This document shows positions 13,541 through 26,230 of a DNA stretch of 64,000 nt, piece after piece (within the stretch, counting starts at the first letter, position 1; each line of letters opens with the position of its first letter). Location of the stretch: positions 45,138,001-45,202,000 of the forward strand of contig NW_024704742.1 of NCBI RefSeq assembly GCF_018977255.1, written 5' to 3'. The notes under the pieces were generated by a model. It searched no databases, was not told where the DNA came from, and saw nothing but the letters and a program-made list of their open reading frames with translations. The DNA comes from Callorhinchus milii (lineage: Eukaryota). The position numbers and the translations under genes were made by a program.

Positions 13541-14059
13541 CAACAGATTGAATGTTCCTTTGCTACAATGCAGTAGATTCCATGAGAATCATACATTAGC
13601 TAATGCATAACTGTGAGAACTCCAGGGTTGGGTGGGGGGAAGAGAAGAGAACCTGAATCCCCTTCTGCATTTCTTAAAAGCCGATTAATTACAGGGGAAT
13701 AGAGCCAGAGTCCTGGAACAGGCGAGCTGATGATGGTACTTGGCACAAGGGGAATACGGGACAGACAGTAAAAAAAAACACAAAAACAAATCAGTAGCTG
13801 TGATGTAGTCCAAAGCATTAAAAGGAAATTCCAACATTTCATATCGGAACAATTTGGAACACTTAAAGCATGAATTTGGCTCTTAATTGACCTGAAAATC
13901 ATTATTTATAATAAATCAACAGATGGTGCACACATGCCTCAGTTTACAGTTGTTTACAGTTTGCAGGTGACCATAGGCTTTGGAACTTTCACAATTGTTA
14001 TGATTTAATACATTTTTATATAGAAGTTGAGAAACTAATGTTTCATATCTGTTCCATTG

Positions 14060-14770
14060 TAGCACTGAATCACTGACAAAGCATCCTGACAATAATCAGC
14101 ATCACCCCACAGCTGACTCACAAGACTCATTTTGAAGTTGGTCTGAAAATTAAATAGTGGGACACCTGAAAGTCAATGATTGACAGAATTCAATGTTCCA
14201 ATGTCACAATGGAAACAGGAGCAACATCCACTGACCAGTTTCACTTCTCACTTTGGAAACAGGAGCAAGTGACTCTCAAAACAATTCTGCAAAAAAATTC
14301 CAAAGCTCACAATACTTTTAATGTAGAATCATCTCTGCTGTTTCTGTATCTCCGTGAGACTCAATGCAGTCATAAGATTGCTTGCAGCCAAAAATGATGA
14401 AAATTCTGGAGTTAACTTGATTTAAAATAGAACTGAAGAACTATTTTACAGATCATATTTATAAGCTGAAATGTTCCTTTGACATTCCGGTGATAACATT
14501 TTGAAAACATGTTAAACGATATATATTAAAATGCAATGGTATTCTTTGTCCCTTCCAGATAATTAATCTCAACAGTTGGGATGCACAGTGAATCAAGAGG
14601 CTATTCACACGTTCTTACTAATTAAACCGCTCACGGGCTTTAACATGGGATTTCAATTCCAAAATTCCTAAAAACTGAACTTTAATTATGCATGTTGAGG
14701 ATTTCTCCATTAGAATAAGTGAAGCAGTTATCCCATGAAGAACACTGAAATGCTGTGTTCAATGGGGGTA
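14060..14770 (+). pseudogene. Tyrosinase-family relic G (N-terminal half)
   Basis: NSMFQCHNGN ~ NRTCHCNGN. FHFSLW...KTILQKN ~ CKFGFW...RLLVRRN. NYFTDHIY (~14439) ~ NYFVWTHYY. LNSWDAQ*IKRL and ALTWDF ~ LLRWEQEIQKL and IPYWDW. Confidence 0.5.
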
Positions 14771-15609
14771 AGAACATTGCAAGCCCAACCACTGTATTCA
14801 AAAGAGGGGATTGGGGATACATTGACAGATGGTCTGCAGTTATCATCTGCTAATGAAGGGCCAAATGAATGAAATGCTCATCTCAAGACCCTCCACTTCG
14901 ATGGTGCCTTCAATCACCTTCATATCGCTACCCTCCCTGCCCTCTACTCCTCCTGATCCCAACTCCCTGCTTGGGTACAAATGTCTGGCTGTCCAGCACC
15001 TTGGGATGTCCTCTCAACGTGAAAGGCACTATATAAATATAATTTGTTGTTGTTGGCTTGTGTTGTTCCAATTTTCACTGATATAAGAAATATTACCAGT
15101 TATTACATCACATGACGCTTTTACCCCTTTCCCCCCTCACACCTTGTGTAGTAACTACTACTTGAGTTAAGAGAAATGAAGATTGATTCCTGTTCTGTGC
15201 AACATTTGTTGATCTCTGCTGGAGTATAATAATAATAATCCTTACATTTGGGAGGATGTCCCAAAGCATCTCACAGAACGCACTATAAAATGCAGTGAAT
15301 GTGTTTCTGTGGGCGAATGCAGCAGCCAATTGCTCACAGTAATACCTCTCAAACAGCCAGAAAGTAAATAAACAATATTATTTGGGGATTGCTGGTGGGG
15401 ACACTGGGAGAAACTCATATCTCCTTTTTAAATGACTCCATGAGATCTTTGACATCCACCTAAACATGACAGAAGAGGCCTCAGTTTAACATCTCAACTG
15501 AAAGACAGTACCTCCAAAAATACAGCACAGCCCCAGCACTACACTGGAGTGTCAGTGTTCTGAGGACCGACATGGGGCTTAAACCATTAACCTTATGACT
15601 CAACATCAA

Positions 15610-17850
15610 GAACAATACAATTACATTTGTATAGTGCTTTTCATGTTGGGAGGGCATCCCAAGGCACTGGAAAGTCAGAATTTAGGAGCCGAGCTGGGGG
15701 TCAGGATTGGGGAGGGTGAAGGGCAGGGGAGGAAGCAGGGTGATCAAAAGCACGGCTGAAGAGGAGGATCTTGAGATGTGTTTTGAAGAAGGCAAGGGAG
15801 GGGCAAGGTGGAGGGTCTGCAGGACGGAGTACCAGAGGAAGGGTGGTAAAGTGGCAGAAGGCTTAGCCATCAATTGTGGGGCGGGTGAAGCAGGGGACGT
15901 GAAGCAGGCCGGAGATCACTGAGTGGAAGGAGCGGACAGGATGGTAATGGGTTAGCAGGTTGCAGAGATAGGGGGAACAAGACCATGTAGGGCCTTGAAA
16001 GTGAGGAATAGGATCTTGAACTGTATCCTCTGTGTGATGGGAAGCCAGTGGAGTCAGGCGCAGATGCGAGTGATAGGGTCATGGAGCCTGCTGCGGAAGA
16101 GAGGACACAGACTGCAGAGTTCTGGATGATCTGCAGCCTATGCAGGGAGGAGATGGGGAGGCCGACAAGCAAGGAGTTTGCATAGTCAAGCCTTGATGTA
16201 ATGAATGTGTGTATGAAGGTTTTGGTGGCCTGCAGTGTGAAACAGTGGTGGAGCAGGGCGATGTTACGGAGGTGGGTAAGGCAGAATGGGTCAAGGCACG
16301 GATGTGGGTAGAAAGGATAGTTGAGGGTCAAACAAGATGCCAAGGTTCCAAACTGGCTTAGTAAGGTGGAGTGTGTATCCATGGATGGTGATGAAGTCAG
16401 TGCCTGAGGTGAGGAGGCGCTGACAGGAGCCAATCAGGAGAGCGTCATCTTGTTGATGTTCAACAGAAGAAAGTTAGCTCTCCTCCAAGACTTAATTTCT
16501 GACAGATATTCTGTAAGGACAGCCAGCAGTGGTCCTGGAGTGAAGGGTGGAGGCAGAGTGGTACAGTTGGGTATCATCTGCATACATGTGGAAGTTGACC
16601 ACATGTCTGCGGATTATGTCACCAAGAGGGAGAATATAGATATTGAAGAGAAGGGGACCAAGGATGGAGGACTGAGGAACACCACATGAGATGGTGCAGG
16701 GATTAGAGGAGAAACTGTTTTTGGAGATGAAGTGGAGGCAGTGTGAGAGATACGATCTGAACCAGTCAAGGACAGAGCCATGAGGGTTGAGGTGAGAGGA
16801 AAGGTGGTGGATGTGGATAGAGTGGTTGATGGTGTTGAAGGCAACAGGAGGTCAAGGAGGATGAGGAGGCAAAGGGAGCCCTGTTCACAGATGGATAGAA
16901 TGTCATTTCTCACTTTGACCAGGGCTGTTTCTGTATTTTGGGCAGCACGGAAACCCAATTGGAGGGGTTTTGAAGGGAGTGGAGGGAGAGGAAGCTGGGA
17001 AGCAACATCTCATTCCAGTAGCTTGGAGAGGAAAGGGAGGTTGGAGATGGGGTAGTAGTTTGAGACTAGAGATAGGTCCGGGGAGAGTTTTTTAAGGACA
17101 GTTGTGATGATGGCCATTTTTAACAGGGTGGGAACAGTACCAGTGGACAGGGAGATGTTTATTATTTCTGTGAGTAGAGGGGCAAGGAGGTGGATCTGGG
17201 TGGTAAGAAGAGGGGTAGGGATTGGGTCGAAGGAGCAGGTAGTCAGTTTCATGCAGGTTATAGTGGTGGTGAGAGAGGAATGCGAGACAGGTTCGAAGGT
17301 GTGGAGGGAGGGATGGGTAGTGTCCGGGGTGGGAGGGGTAGATGGGGAGGGTGTAGTAGATGGAAGAGTAGAGGCAGCTGAGCAGATCCCCTTGACTTTG
17401 CATTCAAGGAAGTCCAGCAATGCCTTCCAGTTGGCATTGGAGGTGAGGATGGGTGAGGCACGAGAGGATAGGCGGAGGAGCAGGTTGGTGATGGAGAAGA
17501 AGAGCTGCGGGTTGTCCTTGGCTTCCAAGATTGTCTTAGAGTAGAACAATGATTTAGCGGAGATGAGGGCAGAGCAGTTGGATTTGATATGGTTCAGCCA
17601 GATCTGCTGATGTACCGTTAGGTTCAATTTAAGCCAGGTGCGTTCAGTGGCATGGATCTGTGCTTTAAGGGAGCGGAGGTGGCTGGTGTATCAAAGTAAC
17701 TTATGCGAATAGGAGATGGTTCGGGAAGATAATCGAGAATGGAGGAGAGGGAGCTGTGGAGAAGAGTCACTGAGGAGGGTTGTTCATTGCGGGAGGAAGC
17801 CCAGAGGGGAAGGAGTTCAGATGATTCCAAGGCAGCCAGGAGAGAGATGA
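15610..17850 (-). mobile_element. L2-clade LINE, 5'-truncated, disrupted ORF2 (reverse transcriptase)
   Basis: RT motifs in broken ORFs: NYYPISNLPFLSKLLE, GFRAAQNTETALVKVRND, LILLDL, YADDTQL (~16585-16563) and SRLDYANSLL. The 3' tail matches the other L2 copies. Confidence 0.93.
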
Positions 17851-17889
17851 GAATGCTACCAACAGAGCCAGACTAACAGGTGTAGGTAT

Positions 17890-18370
17890 GGAAGCGAACT
17901 TGGTACTCCTGAACTAATGATAGGATCATTACTTAAAGTACCCTGCTCTGATGTTATCTAATGAATCTTGCTAAAATGTCAGATTATTTGGACATCAGTT
18001 AAGGACAGGATCAGGCTTCGCTTCGATGTCCTCCCGCTTAGTTGAATATTCTGCTGACACTCACTATATAGGCTCAGACATGAAAAAGGGCCATGAGTGA
18101 AATGCTGGTAGATAGCCAGTGCCTTAATGAGCACAAAGGAGAAAAATGTGTTAAACAAAACCAAAAACTGGATACCTTCTAACCTATCTTTTTAAACAAC
18201 TCTCATTGAAACTGATGTTAATTAAAAGTTTTCATGAAAAAGTCAAATAAAATGACAAACCACTCTATCTGCGTGTTTTGCACTTACTTTTAGCAGATCA
18301 TAAGTAACTCAAATGCTAACATTACATGCAAACATGAGCAACAACAAGGAAACACGATATAATGACTGAT
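17890..18370 (+). pseudogene. Tyrosinase-family relic H (middle/3' part, abutting the large L2)
   Basis: NESC*NVRLFG ~ DCT NECDVCTDQLFG. SRLVEY (18032-18049) ~ TYR SRLEEY. QKLDTF*PIFLN (~18162) ~ DCT QKFDNPPFFQN. Confidence 0.55.
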
Positions 18371-18379
18371 ATTACATTT

Positions 18380-18748
18380 AATAATCCTTGCATTTGACAT
18401 AGCGCCTTCTCATGTCTTCGAGACAACTCAAAGCGCTTTGCAGAATATACTGTCAAGTGAATTGACTATTTTGTGAGCAATGTTGCAGCCAATTATGCAC
18501 AGTAGTGTCCAACAAAAGTCGTGGATTGAATGAACAATTTATTATTATTATTAATAATTTTTGAAGGAATTATTATCCCTGGGAATACGATCTACCAATC
18601 AGCTAACAAGTGGGTTCCTACTTACCGCTAGGTAAACAGAGGTGTGTGGAGTGAGGAAACTTGCCCAACATTTTGCCTTGACTCGAAATCGTACCCAGGT
18701 CCTCTCGCCTACGAGGTGAGTGCTCTAATCACTGAGCTGCAGGACTCT
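18380..18748 (-). mobile_element. tRNA-derived SINE, long form
   Basis: Reverse complement of the 3520 and 58529 copies. Confidence 0.85.
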
Positions 18749-19199
18749 GTGTACGAGTACTATCATGCTCAATAAAACCATTTTGTTTTTTTTAAAATCT
18801 ATATATATATATGTGTGTGGTAATATTGTTTATCACAATTTTACATTTTTCTTGTGTGGAGTAAAGAAACTTACCTAACATTTCGCCATGCCTGGATTCA
18901 AACCCAGGTCCTCTCGTTTGCAAGGCGAGTGCTCAAACAACTGAGCTACAGGACACCATTTGATGTGAGTATGGAGGAATCTTGGAGAGGGGCAGTGCAT
19001 GGAGGAGGTAATGAATGGCAGAGAGCAAAGCCTTTGGATTGTTTGGGGCCTCTGAAGTGGTTATGGAGTAGAAGGCAATTTTGGTCTGTGAGAGGGAGAG
19101 GCGATAGGTGCAGAGATTCCAAATATAAAAGGATACAACTTCTGAGGTCTGAATTGCTCCCACAGAGATCACAAAATGAATCTGCAGTATATGACGCAT

Positions 19200-20560
19200 A
19201 CTAAGTTTAAGAATGAACAGATGTGACCGTTCATGTCCCCACTGTGGTTCAATTACATGATGATTGACATGTTGGAGTGTCAGCAGCACCAATATAAAAA
19301 ACACTTTGGATTCAGTACAGCAAACTTTGCAATTTGTAGCTTAAAGTACATGTGGATTCAACCATAGTTGAACAGACTGCAGGACCCAGTTACAGTATTT
19401 TGTCGAATGGTACAAAATTGACTTTAACCAATCTGACGAACATGGATTTTAAGTCTCTCAATGATTCCAGTTGTGAAGATGAAACAGATTTGGGGATGTT
19501 CCAACTGCACTCGCCTGGAGCTACAAAGGTAGAAGCCACTCTGATAACTAAAATAGAAGAAACATGAATCCTTAAGCAATTTTTAATCTGTGATCCTGGA
19601 ACTTTGAAACATTGCAATTTTAAATATTGCAAAGGATGTATTGCCTTCAAAAAAAGAGAATTTGTATACTTGCTGCTATTGGACTTGATGTTAGATTGCT
19701 TTGCAATGCTTCTACTAAATAATGTTGTGCAACAACTGTGCTGAAGTGCCATCTTTAGCACTGTATTGTACTTACCATTTATTTTTTGTTTTTTTATAAT
19801 AATAAACATTACAAATATAAACATTATAAAAATGAAAAAATATTTGTTGTTAGCGCATTTCATGTCAAAGCCCTTCACGCGATATACTATAAAATGGAGT
19901 TTTTAAAATGAACTATATTTTGGGGGGCAAAAGCAGCAGCCAATTTGCACACAGCAATGTCACAATGCTACTTTTTCATGCAATGGTGATGAGCAAATTT
20001 GCAGCTTTGTAAATGGCCCACAAAATCACTATTAGCACTGATCCTAATTATTTAGAGATCAATTAAGTTGGGTAATCAAGAACTCTGTATATGATTATTA
20101 CAGTAATGTTTTTGTGGTTTTATTTATAGAAGTAGCAGACAAAAAAATCATACAGCAGGACTTAGAAAGGGAAACTTCCTAATTCTACTATGGATCTCTG
20201 CAGCACAATATATACAATTATAGGAATGAATAATGCCATTTGTATTAGAAATGCTCAATACCAGATTAGATGATGATAATTTGATTATCAAGTTGAATTA
20301 CTTGACTGTCATCAATAACTATCAAGTAATTAGTAACCACAATCTCAAAGCGTTTAGATCAATAGCAGGTAAGCAATTTATGGGGGAGACACAATGAGTG
20401 ATCATAATTTATCATGTTCTCCACAGTTCATACGCAATACCGCACAATACCGCAGTTACTGAACATCAATTCATAGCATTATCCATGGTTATTTGCTATT
20501 ATGATTACTGACCGGTCAGTGTAATGATGTGTGGAAATCTGTAAAGATCTGAACTTTATA
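19200..20560 (+). pseudogene. Tyrosinase-family relic I (CuA to CuB; retains two CuB His positions)
   Basis: GPSYSILSNGT..TNLTNMDF ~ TYR GTYGQMKNGS..NDINIYDL. FNL*SWNFET (19582-19611) ~ DCT FALPYWNFAT. KLPNS..DLC and IRNAQ (~20170-20257) ~ RLPSS..EFC and FRNAL. SNHNL (His at 20338) ~ SLHNL. IYHVLHSSYAI (VLHS 20416-20427) ~ DCT IFVVLHSFTDAI. Confidence 0.7.
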
Positions 20561-20719
20561 GACATATAAACACATGGGCTGAGATTTTGATGGCAATTAT
20601 ACACGAGCAGCCCATATTTAGTGTTATATCATTTATGCCCCTTCAAATTAGACAGAATTTATTCGCAGGACATAGTTACTTAAAAGCCAGTTGAAATGGT
20701 AACATGACACATGCCTCTT

Positions 20720-21350
20720 ATTTCAATCTGATAATGGTAGAAACCACGGACAGACACAGGAGCAGCTCATTCAGTCTGTGGAGCTTGTCCTCCCAGCTTC
20801 TAGATCACGGCAGATATTTCATTCCAAATTCCCTGTCCCTGATTAAAGATATTCCTTTAATAAAAGGAAAACAGTCCTGTAAAAGAACCACCTGTCCCTT
20901 CTCTCTCTTGTCTCTAGGGAGACTCACAATCCAAGGAATGACCCATTATAATAGTAAAAGTTAAGAGAGGAAACATTGGCCTTTCTGGCAATTCTGATTA
21001 ATGGACTCCATTAATACACTTAAGATGTCTTTTGGGAGTAAAGAACAATTCTCCAACTCTGTGTGACTTTCCAACTCTCCCTCACGAGCAGGATATAAAT
21101 GTTATGTGTCACATGCTAATTTTGTTCAAAGTTTCAGTTCACCCACTGGAATGCTGAAATAAATGATGATATTACACGAATAAGCAAAGCTAATACTGTT
21201 TATATCAAAGTAAAGCAGTTATAATCCACCTGAAGGTAATTGTAATATCCATTGACTACAAAGGCTGCCATAAAAAAGCAGTTTGATGGTAATAATGTTG
21301 GTTTGCATTCCCAGTCAGTGCCAGTGAAATTTTAACATCCATGGAATAAA
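20720..21350 (+). pseudogene. Tyrosinase-family relic J (N-terminus to CuA)
   Basis: GKQSC ~ GRGSC. ERKHWPF (20965-20985) ~ DREVWPL. LILFKVSVHP (~21116-21145) ~ LDLAKKRVHP. PWNK (~21339) ~ PWHR. Confidence 0.55.
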
Positions 21351-21924
21351 ATCATGAATAAAGACAGCTGTTTAGGAGGGAATATGGGGCGGATCTGGTG
21401 TAAATTAGCTATCAAGTAGCAATTATTGAATCACTAAATAGTGGACTAACCTGCAGTTTTAGCTGTGCTGAGCCTCGGGTTTAATTTAACACAGGTCAAT
21501 GTGATGAGGAACAATTTTTATTTGCATGCACAAACACAATAATGAAACTAGCTAACTGCTGTACTGATGTATGGGGAGGTATCATTATTCAACAAGGGAA
21601 GATGGACACATGCCTTTTGAACAATGCTTTCAATTCTATGAATATATTTTCATTGCATTCTAATACAGTATGCGTTATTTTGGATATCTCTCTGTTGAGG
21701 TGGATGTTAAAGATCCCATGGCACTATTCAGAGAGGAGGAAATTTCTCCCTTTGTGCTGACCAACAATCCTCCAGATAAAATTGTTTATTCACTTCAAGA
21801 CTGTTTGTGGGTCATTGTTGTGCCTGAATTGACTGCTGCATATAAATACAGAATCAGTATGTACCAACAATCCAGTGAAGTGCTTTCAGAAGTTTTGATG
21901 ACTTCATAAGGTGCTAAATTAAAT

Positions 21925-22270
21925 ACAACAACAATAACTTACATTTATTTAGCGCCCCTCACGCAGGGTAGTGTCACAGAGCACTTGACAGTGGTGGAGC
22001 ACGACCCCAAGCTGAGGGGAGGAGGAGATGACTGTGGGCATGGTCGAATAGGAAGGTCTTCAGGCGTGACCTGAAGATGAGAAAGGAAGGGGCAAGGCAG
22101 ATTGTTCTGGAGTTTCGGGCATAGTGGCTAAAAGCGTGGCCACCAATAGTGGAATGGAGGGAACGAGGTACATGCAGACGGCCAGAGTCAGCGGGTAATG
22201 GGTTGGGGAGTAAGCAAGTCGGAGAGGTAGGGATTTGAAAACGAGTGTGTGGATCTTGAAATCGTATTGA
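21925..22270 (-). mobile_element. L2 3' fragment
   Basis: LHVPRSLHSTIGGHAFS..FRSRLKTFLFDHA, with an (AAC)n tail on the + strand. Confidence 0.85.
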
Positions 22271-22919
22271 GGGCATACTCAATATGAATAATGAAAAGTT
22301 GTTAGACTCCCCCAGAACTGAACGTTTTCCAATGAAAAGGGTGACTATCCACCATGGTGACAGGTCTCCTCCACACTTCAACTGGGTAACATGAAGAACA
22401 AAAAGAACAAATAGAGAGAAGTCAAAAATTAAACATCATATGAAATGGCAACTCATAAAATGCTGCTGGTAAATAAAATATTTATTGCTCTGTGAAACAG
22501 TAAAACACATGTAATGGTAGCTATCACCACAGCAGTTTAGATAGTTTATTTAACATTAAATAATATATAAATTTATCTAGATCTCAGATTAATGTCTGCA
22601 ACTCTGCTGTTTTACTGAGCAAAAATAATAATTCTTGCAATAGATATAGCACCTTATCATGTCTTTGAGATGTCTCAAAATGCTTTACAGGACACACTAT
22701 AAAGTGTAGTGACTGTGTGTTTTGTGGATGAAACACGCCAGCCAATTGTGTACATTGGCGTCCCACAAACAGTCGTGGATTGAGTGACCAAATTATTATT
22801 ATTAGTGTTATTGTAATATTTAGATTTTTTCCAGTGTTGTTTTAACGGTCCACTGTAAAGTGAATTGGCTGTATATTTTGTAGGCAAAACGTTAATCTTA
22901 AAGATAAACAGTGCTCCTC

Positions 22920-23200
22920 AACAACAACAACAAAATTACATTTGTATACCGCCTTCCACATTGGGAGGACATCCCAAGGCGCTGGACAATCAGTGATTCG
23001 GACCGGAGCTGGGGGTCAGGATCGGGGAGGGTGGAGGGCCAGGGGGGAAGGAGGGTGATCAAAGGCACGGTCGAAGAAGACGGTCTTGACATGGATCCTG
23101 AAAGAGGCAAGGGAGGGGGCGAGGCGGAGGGACTGCAGGATGGAGTTCCAGAGGGTGGGGAAAAGAGGCTGGAGACATGAAGCAGGCCAGATCCCACTGT
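22920..23200 (-). mobile_element. L2 3' fragment
   Basis: LWNSI..SLRLAPSLASFR..KTVFFDRAF, with a (CAA)n tail on the + strand. Confidence 0.85.
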
Positions 23201-24209
23201 TAGCAAACAGTAACATAGTATAGCACAAAATCTATGGTATTTCTGATCCTTAGAATGGAGTAAGGAATAATGTAATATCTTGTCAAACGTACCACAATTA
23301 TGTAACAAAATCTAAGAATGAGAAGTTACGATGAAGGCTATTTCCCGAAAAAGCTTCAAAATATGTTTTTAGGCAAGGCAATAATTATTATTTCAGAAAA
23401 AACAAACAGAGAAAAAATATTTACCTTAAACCTGAGTTTGAATGCTACAGCTATGACAGCGAAGCCTGAGGCCTGGTATCACATCTAATCCCCATGCTAG
23501 ATTACAATTCTTTACATTTCTGTTCTCACAAACATACAGATGTAATACAGAATTTTATCTGTAGGCAATGTGACAAAGCAGATGAAAAAAAATCTCAACT
23601 GAGCTATTACAACAGGATCAAGCCATTTTTTCTGTAACAAAAATAACTTTCACACTGCAGATGAAAGGCAGCTGGCAACATTTCCTAGCAGCAGGGATGC
23701 ATGTTTAATTTGTGTTATATTGTGTTACATACAACTATGCTTAAGCTAACATTTGGGCTTTGTAATGTCAAGTGCCAACATTCATCTCATAAATTGATAT
23801 GCCAACTTCACTGGTTAACCATGGAACTTAGATGGATTCCCTTTTGCTTCTCTATCACTAGATGACACCAGACCATGAATGTATAATTGTAACTCATCTA
23901 CTAGGAAACATGACATTGTCCACAAAATATACAGTCAATTCACTTTACAGTATAGTCTGTGAAGCGCTTTGAGACATCTCAAAGATGTGATAAGGCGCTA
24001 TATCAAATGCAAGAATTAATATTATTATTGACTGCAATTATGTTGCTGGGGCATCCCGTTAGATCATGAAAACTCAAATACTGCCATCTTACCATCTTAC
24101 CGTCATTGAGGAAAAGGAAAAGAATAGAATTCACATTCTTTTCAGAGTTTGTACAAATTAATTAAAATTACTAAATTCCAATCAAGCCAGGCTACAGAAC
24201 CAAGCAAGA

Positions 24210-24465
24210 TAATAATAATAATAATAATCCTTGCATTTGATATAGAGCTTTTCACGTCTTCTAGATGTCTCAAAGTGCTTCACAGAACACATTGTAAAGT
24301 GAATTGACAGTATATTTGTGGGTGAAACGCGGCAGTCAATTGCGCACAGCAGTGTCCCATAAACAGTTGTGGATTGAAAGACCAAATTATTTTTGTTTGT
24401 TTTTTCTTGAGGGATTATTATCAGGCGTGTGGAGTAAGGAAATTTGCCCAAGGTTTCACCCTGAC
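24210..24465 (-). mobile_element. tRNA-derived SINE, short form
   Basis: (AAT)n tail on the + strand and shared body. Confidence 0.85.
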
Positions 24466-24859
24466 AGGACTTGCGGGCTGGAAGTGTCCAGCAAGGCCAT
24501 CCAGAATTTGCCCTCCGAACATTCGCACCAGTCCAGGCAGTGTGTTCCAAATCAGTGCCTTGTTTCCAATAACTACCGAACAGCAATGGCCATGGCGAGA
24601 TCATAAATTAAGTAATATTTAATCCTTTATTTGGGTGGACGACCAGAAAGGTTGGTATTCACTGTTCTCACCTAGAGGATGGTACCTCCAACAATGCAGC
24701 ACATACCTGCATTGGAGTGTCAGCCTAGACTTTGAGTTTATATTCCCGATGTGGGGCTTGAGCACACAGCCATTTAACTCTGAGATGACCGTGCTGAAGG
24801 CTGAGCCAGGCTGAAACTTCCAACATTGTTTGCCTCTCAGATGTTATACATGTAGTTGG

Positions 24860-26230
24860 TGTAATCACCTTCCAACCCTAAGAGCCTATATGCAGATATA
24901 CTTTTAACAAAATTCTCATCTGCATTAAGAAGTATTTAGAGACAATGTATTTGCTTTTTGGACTGAAACAACTTATCAGTGTTTTTTGTTTTCGCAATAA
25001 ATTAATTTGATCTTTTCTGTGAGAACGTTTTGCAGTGTCAGCAACCTATGGGGATTTTGGATGTCTGTGCAATGCTATTTTGAGAGTTGCCCCCAATGAG
25101 TCGGTGCAGAATCACTACAGATTTATTGGTGGCACGGTCACTCGCAACCGAAACACAAATTTCTCTCTTAAATTTACAAATTTTTAACATGTCACTGTCT
25201 GCAAAGGACTATCAAAGGATCCCCTGCAGTCTGGCAATTGTGATTCTGCGAGCTGAACCAGACATTATTTTAAAAGAGATTATTTTTCATCTTTTTAAAA
25301 ATAATGTAAAATGTCCGCCATGCGTGGCTGCATTCTTATCCTGCTGAGGACAGGATGTAATAATGGATGCAGTTGCCTAAGGAGTAACATATTTGTGCAG
25401 CAGTGGATAAAAAAGATCAGCTTCTGTCTGACTTTAGCTTCACTGACATTAAGCCAAATCCCCCAAAATTGTGAAATTGGATGATGGATCAATAATTCTG
25501 CTGATCCCACTGCTTTGTTATCCAGACTACCTCTGCTCAAAGCTGTGGTGGTATTTCCTTTCATCAATGATCAGAAATAGGAAGCAAAGGGAAACTTGTC
25601 AGTACCCCCAAGTTTATAACAAGCGAGAATCTGAGGCTCAATAGACTGCCCCTCAGGTGACTGCAACATTACTTTTTATGGTACTGCTCCCTTTCACATT
25701 CTACAGGAGCCACCACAGATTTCAAGCACATTCAATGTTACATTGGATTTGCTAGGTCACTGCTGCTTTAGTCAGGAATGAGGTCACTTCATTTGCTTCC
25801 CTCGCCTGCTCAGCAGCAACTGAAGGCAAAGCAAGTGTTCCTTGGCATTCTAGGTTCCGCAATGCCCTAAGGGAATTCTGTATGAACCCATGCATTGATC
25901 GGGTGCTGTCCATCAATGAACTTGATTTCCATGTGAGGAAAGGGTTTAATTTTATGTCTTCCCAGGATAGGATTGTGTTTGATTCCAATAATGTTCTCTC
26001 TCCAGAGTACAGCAGCGTTGTGTCTATAATCCATGACCTTCGAGAACAGATGATGAACAACACTGTGAGTTCTGGAGCTAGCTCCCTACAGACGAGTGAG
26101 CAAGAATTCCTCTACGACCCTATATTTTACATCACCCATTATAAAGCAAGGTAATGTTTCATTCTTCGGGGACTGATTTAAAGATTTTAGTTAAGAAGGT
26201 TAGACATAGAAACAGCTGTTGAATCCCTCA
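24860..26230 (+). pseudogene. Tyrosinase-family relic L (best preserved, uninterrupted by TEs)
   Basis: CLCN (25062). NMSLSAKD..SLAIVILRAEPD (25186-25263) ~ DCT NIHSLSPQE..ALDLAKKRVHPD. WLHSYPAED (25325-25351) ~ WLHYYSVRD. DPTALLSR (25503) ~ DPTLISR. I*GSID and CNITFYG (25662) ~ VCDSLD and CNGTYEG. FRNALREF (25855) ~ FRNALEGF. HDLREQMMNNT (26032) ~ HNALHIYMNGT. DPIFYITH (26116-26139). *LRR (26188) ~ WLRR. Confidence 0.8.

Larger units (their letters stand above)
22280..24600 (+). pseudogene. Tyrosinase-family relic K (fragmented by SINE/L2 insertions)
   Basis: EKGDYPPW (22334-22357) is immediately followed, after a frameshift, by GDRSP (22356-22370), matching TYR EKECCPPWSGDRSP. FSQTYRCNTEF (~23523) ~ FNRTCHCNGNF. 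The extension to 24600 is weak. Confidence 0.6.

Noticed and set aside
15870..17627. Functional reverse transcriptase gene
   Set aside because: It is a frameshifted, 5'-truncated L2 copy with no endonuclease start.
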